Assembly: GCA_964016885.1 (NCBI GenBank) | Contig: OZ024741.1 | Location: 272,552,001 to 272,616,000, forward strand | Direction: 5' to 3' | Origin: Eledone cirrhosa | Taxonomy: Eukaryota | DNA: 64,000 bases | Shown: positions 43,988 to 53,900 of the stretch, piece by piece | Layout: the number at the start of each line of letters is the position of its first letter | How positions within the stretch are numbered: the first letter of the stretch is position 1 | Notes under the pieces: model-generated | Database searches by the model: none | The model's input: only the letters and a program-made list of their open reading frames with translations | What the model was told of the DNA's origin: nothing | Translations under genes and position numbers: made by a program

Positions 43988-44452
43988 ATATATGTATATG
44001 TATCTACATATGCATATATGTATATGAATCTACATATGTATATGTATATATATATATATGTATATGTATCTACATATGCATATATGTATATGAATCTACA
44101 TATGTATATATATATGTATATGTATATGTATATATATATATGTATATGTATCTACATATGCATATATGTATATGAATCTACATATGTATATGTATATATA
44201 TATGTATATGTATCTACATATGTATATGTGTGTGTATATATGTATATATATATATTTGGAAAAAAGGAAAAGAATGACTTCACTTTATGATTAAGTTTAT
44301 GATTTAATGTTATAATATAATATTACCAACTTATAATATTATAACATTAAATCATAAATTTTTTAACACGACAAGTGAAGTCATTCTTTTCCTTTTTTTC
44401 AAATATACCTAACTGTATCAAGGATTTTCCACACATTTTCCAATATATATAT

Positions 44453-44484
<32 letters not shown>

Positions 44485-44936
44485 GTATCATCATCATCAT
44501 CATTTTACGTTCGCTTTTCCCCTCCTGCATCCACTTCAGCACAGCATCTCTCCATTCGTCATGGTCCTTCATCATCGTTTCTGTCAGCATCCGCGATCTG
44601 ATGTCAGCTCTCACCACTTCCGCCCATGGTTTTCCTCTACTGCATCTTTCTTCGACCAGGATTTCTTGGCACTTCTTCAACAAGAGCGGGCTGAGGACCG
44701 AACCCTGATGAACTACTTGCATCTGGAATTCCTCACTAAACTCCATTCCTACTCTCACTTTACTGACAGTTCCTCTGTACATAGCTTGTACTGTCCTCAC
44801 AAGCCATTCCTCTACACCTAGTTTCCTTAGGGACCACCAGATGACAGATCGGGGTACTCTATCAAAGGCCTTCTCTAGGTCAACAAAAGCTAAATATAGT
44901 GTCTTATTCTTCTCTAAGAATATATATATGTATGTA

Positions 44937-44982
<46 letters not shown>

Positions 44983-47900
44983 AATATATATATATGTATA
45001 TATGTAAATATATATATTATATATATATCATCATCATCATTGATTAATGTCTATCTTCCACGCTAGCATGGGTTAGACGGGTTTGTCCCATTTAGAGGCA
45101 AGTTGGGTCAGGTTACCATGTCTCGCACAAATAGGAGTGTTTCTGGTTGGTTTTCTATGGCTGGATGCCTTTCCTAATGCCAACCACATTGACAGTGTGT
45201 GCTGGGGGCTTTTGCGCTTACTAACACTAACCCTTTTAATTGCTTCTTACGATCCACATGAATCAGGTGTACCTATTTTAAACCAGGTTACGTTGGTTTA
45301 GTCAGGAGCATCTGGTCCTTTTTATGTGCTATTGATAAAGTAGGACCCAGTACAACCTGTTGCTTAATCGAATCATCAGCAACTAAACTAGCAACCTTGT
45401 AAAGCCTGTTTAGTAGAGGAAGGGATTTTGGGACTCTGTGTGGTATGAGAAATGAAGCTCATCAAAGGGCAGAGAATTTTTTAGTACTAGAATTTTTCCC
45501 CAAGTGAGACCAGCCAAGTTCATGGATGTTATCCAACCATCTTGCTTAGGGGTGTACCTATGGGTCTCCTACTGGACTGGTTGGTTTTGCCTGTAAAACC
45601 TGTCCAGCGATTCTTTCCTGGGACATTCTAATCAGATGCCCATAATATCTGAGCTGTGATTTCTTAATTTGGAGATATATATGCAATTATTGTATCTGGC
45701 AGCTGTTTCGCTAGCCACCACCTGCGACCCATTCCATAGCACAACAGCTCTGCCGAAAGGATAATGATATTGATGATGATGATAATGATGTTGAGGATGA
45801 TGATAATGATGATGATATTTTTTTTCTAGAATTATTGGTTAATTTTATATAATAAATTTTGTAGTTTGTTTGCTCAATTGTGCAAGAAACACAGCAAATT
45901 GGTTGACCATATTCGAAGTGCTGCAGTGAATGGTTCTCTTGACATGGACCAAGGTAATGGAGTTGACTCGGATTCAGATTTAGATTATGTAAGTATTTTA
46001 TGAGTTGTAAATTGTTGTTGTAGGTTGTAGTAGTATGTTATAGTAATAGTTGTTGTTTTTGTAGTTGTTGCTTTTGTAGTTGTTGTATGTTGTAGTAGTA
46101 GTTGTTGTAGTTGTATGTTATAATAATAGTAGTAGTTGTTTTTGTAGCTGTTGTTTGTTGTTGTTGTATGTTGTAGTAGTTGTTGTAGTTGTATGTTGTA
46201 GTTATAGTAGTAGTTGTTGTAGTTGTATGTTATAGAAGTAGTAGTTGTTGTAGTTGTAGTAGTAGTTGTAGTTGTATATTGTTTGACATAATCTGAGCCG
46301 AGGTGTTGAAGCTGAAACATTTACATATTAGACAGTGAACACACACACAACACAGTAAACAACACACACATACAAGACAGTTAACAACACACACATACAA
46401 GACAGTTAACAACACACACATACAAGACAGTTAACAACACATACATACAAGACAGTTAACAACACACACAACACAGTTAACAACACACAAACACAGTTAA
46501 CAACACATACATACAAGACAGTTAACAACACACACAACACAGTTAACAACACACAGTTAACAACACATACAACACAGTTAACAACACACATACAAGACAG
46601 TTAACAACACACACACACACATACAAGACAGTTAACAACACACACACATACAATACAGTAAACAACACACACAACACAGTTAACAACACATACAACACAG
46701 TTAACAACACACACACACAACACAGTTAACAACACACACACACAACAGTTAACACACACACAACACAGTTAACAACACATACAACACAGTTAACAACACA
46801 CACACAACACAGTTAACAACACACACAACACAGTTAACAACACACACACAACACAGTTACCAACACACACACAACACAGTTAACAACACACACACAACGC
46901 AGTTAACAACACACACATACAACACAGTTAACAACACACGCATATACAACATAGTTAACAACACACACACATATACAACACAGTTAACAACACACACGCA
47001 TATACAACACAGTTAACAACACACACACATATACAACACAGTTAACAACACACACACAACACAGTTAACAACACACACACACAACACAGTTAACAACACA
47101 CACACACAACACAGTTAACAACACACACAAACAAAACAGTAAACAACACACACACACAACACAGTTAACAACACACACACAACACACACAACAATTAACA
47201 ACACACACACACAACATAGTTAACAACACACACACATACAACACAGTTAACAACACACACACAACACACACAACAGTTAACAACACACACACAACACAGT
47301 TAACAACACACACACACAACACAGTTAACAACACACACACAACACAGTTAACAACACACACATATACAACACAGTTAACAACACACACATACAAGACAGT
47401 TAACATACACTTACATACATGATAGTTAACACACACACACACATACACTCTTACACTAATTTTGGTTTTATTTCTTGTGACTCTGTCCGCCCCCTATTGT
47501 TTAGCCAGGTGTTGCTCACTCTCTTCAATGCCCCCCCCCCCATTAACCAATGTTTACTCTCCCCCTCCTCTTACAATAGGAGGACTCCTTCCCTCAGCAA
47601 GCAACATGTAGTTACCCATTTTCTTATCTTACACCTCTCACTCCCATCACAACCTTTCATCATATTTGGGGATCAATAAATAAAGAACCAGTCCTAGAGG
47701 TGTTAGAATGGTAGAATTGATTGAATCACAGATTTATATATTCATCATCACCATCATCATCATCGTCGTTTTTACAACTGCTATTCCATGCTTGCGGCGG
47801 TTGCACAGGTCCTTCTCATCATAGCATCTCCCTACACATCGCCATCCTTTGTCATCACCTCTGTGAGTCTCAGCCATTTGAGGTCAGATCTCACCACCTC

Positions 47901-50900
47901 TGCGCAGGTCTTTCTTGGTCTACCTCTACCGTGGCTTCCTTCCACCGGCATTTCCTGACACTTCTTCACCTAATGATTATTGTCCATGCGCATCACATGT
48001 TCAAATCAGCAGTCTTTTTTCCTGCACACCACCTCAGACTCATCCAAGCTCTGTCTTTCTCTCACACTTACATTGTACATCCAACAAAGCATGGTCGTTT
48101 CATTTCTCTCCAGTCTACATGTCTTCTGCAGTCACAGCCCATGTTTCACTACCAAGCAGCATTGCACTTCGCACACAGGTGTCATACTGTCATCCTTTTG
48201 TATGTAGGGAGAAACCTTTTGTGGCCAACATTGGGAGTAGCTCTCTGAACTTCTGTCATAACCTTATTCTAGCTATTATGCTCTCAGAGCACCCTCCTCA
48301 ATTTCTAATTACGTTACCAAGATAGCAGAAGCTATCAACCACTTCTATGGGGACTTCCTGTGACTGGAATAGGCCTATATCACTGGTTATCTTCTCCTTA
48401 GTTACCCCTGTGCCTCTTCTTTCTACAAACAAAGTTTTCTCTTCCTGTTAGTCTACCTGTTATCCCACTATATCTCTTGTGTTCCGAAGGTTTAGATTGT
48501 GTATATCACATGGAGTTTATGCCTACTCCCTGGGTTCTTCTGCCAGCAATTACACCTAGCAATGGAAACAATGTTTTCATGTTCTGATCTGATCTGATGA
48601 TTGGCTCTTTTCATGCTTTATTTCCCCCTTTTCACATGCAGTAGAGCAGACATCTTTTTCTTTAGTTTTAGGAATGCTATGATGATTATGGTAATAATTT
48701 TGTGGTCGTCCACACTGTGAAGTGGTCATTTTGGTGCCACAATAAAAAGTGCCCACCCAACACTGTAAAGTGGTCATGTAGGTGATATAAAAAGTGCCCA
48801 GTCCACACTGTAAAGTGGTCATGTAGGTATTTTGATAAAAAGCACCCAGTCCACACTGTAAAGTGGTTGTGTAGGTGTCTTGATAAAAAGCACCCAGTTC
48901 ACACTTTAAAGTGGTGGTTATGTAGGTGTTACGACAAAAAGCACCCAGTCCACACTGTAAAGTGGTTGTGTAGGTGTCTTGATAAAAAGCACCCAGTTCA
49001 CACTTTAAAGTGGTGGTTATGTAGGTGTTACGACAAAAAGCACCCAGTCCACACTGTAAAGTGGTTGTGTAGGTGTCTTGATAAAAAGCACCCAGTTCAC
49101 ACTTTAAAGTGGTGGTTATGTAGGTGTTACGACAAAAAGCACCCAGTCCACACTGTAAAGTGGTTGTGTAGGTGTCTTGATAAAAAGCACCCAGTTCACA
49201 CTTTAAAGTGGTGGTTATGTAGGTGTTACGACAAAAAGCACCCAGTCCACACTGTAAAGTGGTTGTGTAGGTGTCTTGATAAAAAGCACCCAGTTCACAC
49301 TTTAAAGTGGTGGTTATGTAGGTGTTACGACAAAAAGCACCCAGTCCACACTGTAAAGTGGTTGTGTAGGTGTCTTGATAAAAAGCACCCAGTTCACACT
49401 TTAAAGTGGTGGTTATGTAGGTGTTACGACAAAAAGCACCCAGTCCACACTGTAAAGTGGTTGTGTAGGTGTCTTGATAAAAAGCACCCAGTTCACACTT
49501 TAAAGTGGTGGTTATGTAGGTGTTACGACAAAAAGCACCCAGTCCACACTGTAAAGTGGTTGTGTAGGTGTCTTGATAAAAAGCACCCAGTTCACACTTT
49601 AAAGTGGTGGTTATGTAGGTGTTACGACAAAAAGCACCCAGTCCACACTGTAAAGTGGTTGTGTAGGTGTCTTGATAAAAAGCACCCAGTTCACACTTTA
49701 AAGTGGTGGTTATGTAGGTGTTACGACAAAAAGCACCCAGTCCACACTGTAAAGTGGTTGTGTAGGTGTCTTGATAAAAAGCACCCAGTTCACACTTTAA
49801 AGTGGTGGTTATGTAGGTGTTACGACAAAAAGCACCCAGTCCACACTGTAAAGTGGTTGTGTAGGTGTCTTGATAAAAAGCACCCAGTTCACACTTTAAA
49901 GTGGTGGTTATGTAGGTGTTACGACAAAAAGCACCCAGTCCACACTGTAAAGTGGTTGTGTAGGTGTCTTGATAAAAAGCACCCAGTTCACACTTTAAAG
50001 TGGTGGTTATGTAGGTGTTACGACAAAAAGCACCCAGTCCACACTGTAAAGTGGTTGTGTAGGTGTCTTGATAAAAAGCACCCAGTTCACACTTTAAAGT
50101 GGTGGTTATGTAGGTGTTACGACAAAAAGCACCCAGTCCACACTGTAAAGTGGTTGTGTAGGTGTCTTGATAAAAAGCACCCAGTTCACACTTTAAAGTG
50201 GTGGTTATGTAGGTGTTACGACAAAAAGCACCCAGTCCACACTGTAAAGTGGTTGTGTAGGTGTCTTGATAAAAAGCACCCAGTTCACACTTTAAAGTGG
50301 TGGTTATGTAGGTGTTACGACAAAAAGCACCCAGTCCACACTGTAAAGTGGTTGTGTAGGTGTCTTGATAAAAAGCACCCAGTTCACACTTTAAAGTGGT
50401 GGTTATGTAGGTGTTACGACAAAAAGCACCCAGTCCACACTGTAAAGTGGTTGTGTAGGTGTCTTGATAAAAAGCACCCAGTTCACACTTTAAAGTGGTG
50501 GTTATGTAGGTGTTACGACAAAAAGCACCCAGTCCACACTGTAAAGTGGTTGTGTAGGTGTCTTGATAAAAAGCACCCAGTTCACACTTTAAAGTGGTGG
50601 TTATGTAGGTGTTACGACAAAAAGCACCCAGTCCACACTGTAAAGTGGTTGTGTAGGTGTCTTGATAAAAAGCACCCAGTTCACACTTTAAAGTGGTGGT
50701 TATGTAGGTGTTACGACAAAAAGCACCCAGTCCACACTAAATGTGGTTGTGTAGGTGTCTTGATAAAAAGCACCCAGTTCACACTTTAAAGTGGTGGTTA
50801 TGTAGGTGTTACGACAAAAAGCACCCAGTCCACACTGTAAAGTGGTTGTGTAGGTGTCTTGATAAAAAGCACCCAGTTCACACTTTAAAGTGGTGGTTAT

Positions 50901-53900
50901 GTAGGTGTTACGACAAAAAGCACCCAGTCCACACTGTAAAGTGGTTGTGTAGGTGTCTTGATAAAAAGCACCCAGTTCACACTTTAAAGTGGTGGTTATG
51001 TAGGTGTTACGACAAAAAGCACCCAGTCCACACTGTAAAGTGGTTGTGTAGGTGTCTTGATAAAAAGCACCCAGTTCACACTTTAAAGTGGTGGTTATGT
51101 AGGTGTTACGACAAAAAGCACCCAGTCCACACTAAATGTGGTTGTGTAGGTGTCTTGATAAAAAGCACCCAGTTCACACTTTAAAGTGGTGGTTATGTAG
51201 GTGTTACGACAAAAAGCACCCAGTCCACACTGTAAAGTGGTTGTGTAGGTGTCTTGATAAAAAGCACCCAGTTCACACTTTAAAGTGGTGGTTATGTAGG
51301 TGTTACGACAAAAAGCACCCAGTCCACACTGTAAAGTGGTTGTGTAGGTGTCTTGATAAAAAGCACCCAGTTCACACTTTAAAGTGGTGGTTATGTAGGT
51401 GTTACGACAAAAAGCACCCAGTCCACACTGTAAAGTGGTTGTGTAGGTGTCTTGATAAAAAGCACCCAGTTCACACTTTAAAGTGGTGGTTATGTAGGTG
51501 TTACGACAAAAAGCACCCAGTCCACACTGTAAAGTGGTTGTGTAGGTGTCTTGATAAAAAGCACCCAGTTCACACTTTAAAGTGGTGGTTATGTAGGTGT
51601 TACGACAAAAAGCACCCAGTCCACACTGTAAAGTGGTTGTGTAGGTGTCTTGATAAAAAGCACCCAGTTCACACTTTAAAGTGGTGGTTATGTAGGTGTT
51701 ACGACAAAAAGCACCCAGTCCACACTGTAAAGTGGTTGTGTAGGTGTCTTGATAAAAAGCACCCAGTTCACACTTTAAAGTGGTGGTTATGTAGGTGTTA
51801 CGACAAAAAGCACCCAGTCCACACTAAATGTGGTTGGCATTATGAAGGCCATCCAGTTGTAAAGACCAAGCCAGAAACAGTTCTGAATGAAGAAGACACG
51901 GTCACCTAACCCGACGTGTCTCAAATGGGACAAGCTGTCTAATCCATGCTAGCATGGAAATATAGACATTAAACGATGATGATGATGATTTTACATCTTT
52001 TCCTTTAGTTTCAGGGATGCCATGATAATTATGGTAATAACTTTACACATTTCCTTCCATAACGGTTATATTTTCATGTCTTTATTTATTTACTTATTTA
52101 AAAAAAATTATTTTGCTAATTCCAGGTCCAAGATTTAGCAGTTCTTGAAGAGGTGATTCGAATGGTGCTGGAAATAATCAATTCCTGTCTGTCAAATGGA
52201 ATATTACACAATCCAAACTTGGTTTATTCTCTCTTGTATCAGAAAGATCAGTTTGGAATGTTTCGAACACACCCAACTTTCCAAGATATTATTCAGAACA
52301 TTGATACTGTAAGTAAATATATTGCCAAAATATTAATACTACATTGATAGCATATTGTTAAGATATTCTTCAAAATATTGATAATGTAAGTAAATATATT
52401 GCCAAAATATTAATACTATATTGTCAAGATATTCTTCAAAATATTAATACTATATTGATATGATATTGATGGTACATTGGCAAGATAATCTTCAAAATGT
52501 TAATACTATACTGATGGTATATTGCCAAGATATTCTTCAAAATATTGATAAAACATTGATATGATATTGCCAAGATATTCTTCAAAATATTAATACTATA
52601 TTGATGGTTTATTGCCTAGATATTCTTCAAAATATCGATACTATATTGGTATGATATTGCCAAGTTGTTCTTCAGAGTTTGCCAGGGTCTTCACCAGGTT
52701 AACCCCTGCCTTAGCAAATAGAGATGTTTTTTAGGGTCCTCATCAGGTTAGCCTCTGTCTTAGCAAATGGAGAAGTTTGTTAGGGTTCTAAGTTAACACT
52801 TGCTTTAGCAGGGAAGATAGCCTTAAAATACTTGTGTATTTCCTTGAGCAAGACACTTTATTTCACATTGCTCCAGTTTACTCAGCTGTAGAAATGAGAT
52901 GATAGGGACTGGGATCCCTATCATTCCACTGCAAAGTGGTCATGTAGGTGCCACGGCAAAAACCACCCAGCACTCACTGTAAATGAGGTTGGTGTTAGGA
53001 AGGGCATCCAGCTGTAGAAATCAAGCCAGAATCAGTTCCCGTCCCACCCTTGCAAGCAGGGAAAAGTGGACGTAAAATGATGATGATGATGATTCTACTA
53101 AAAATATTTTATTTAACCTTATCTTTCAGGTGTTAGCCTATTTTTCTTCTAAACTGGAACAGAATGGACAGAATCTTTCTCCAAATGAAGTCTTAACCAC
53201 AATTAAAGAAGGATCTTTACAATTTCGTAAGGATCGATTAAGAGTAAGTTTTCTTTTTCTTTTTGGTGTTATGGGTTTTTTCCCCCCTCACTTACTCAGG
53301 AAGAATTTGCATCACTTGTCTGGAACCCCTATCTTGCTCAGAATATTGATCTCCTGGAAACTGTTCAGAGATGTGCTACCAAATGAATACTCTCCATCAG
53401 GCATCTACCATACTCAGAACGCCTTACTTCCCTGGGCATGGATATATTAAAGATTCGACATCTGGCAACTGACTTGGTTTATTAACTATCTTTCCAACAA
53501 CAACCCAAGGCACCTTTTTGAATTCTATATGATGTGCTTACAAAATCAGAAAACAGTACAGCTTTCTTGACTTTCAGAAACATTTTTTCACACTCAGAGT
53601 TGCTGAAGCATGGAACAAACTACCTGCATCAGTTGTTAGCTGTCAGGAAACTTCCATTCTTCCTGAAATTTGCCAACACTACACCTGATATCCCTCCTCT
53701 ATACACACACATATGTATGTGTGTGTGTGTCTATGTGTATCATGACACATAAACTGTTCACTTTCTTGATATTTGTGATTTGACGCATAGAGTTACGGCC
53801 CTTGCAATTCTGAGTTCAAATCCCGCCGAGGTTAACTTTGCCTTTCATCCTTACGGGGTCGATAAAATAAAGTACCAGTAATGTACTGGGTAATTGCTGG

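Noticed and set aside
48841-51835. CRISPR-like array or a 640-aa Cys/His/Trp-rich repeat protein
   Set aside because: The units are near-identical with no unique spacers, there are no cas genes, and the context is a eukaryotic intron. The ORF exists because the 99-bp unit is a stop-free multiple of 3, and it frameshifts at variant units.
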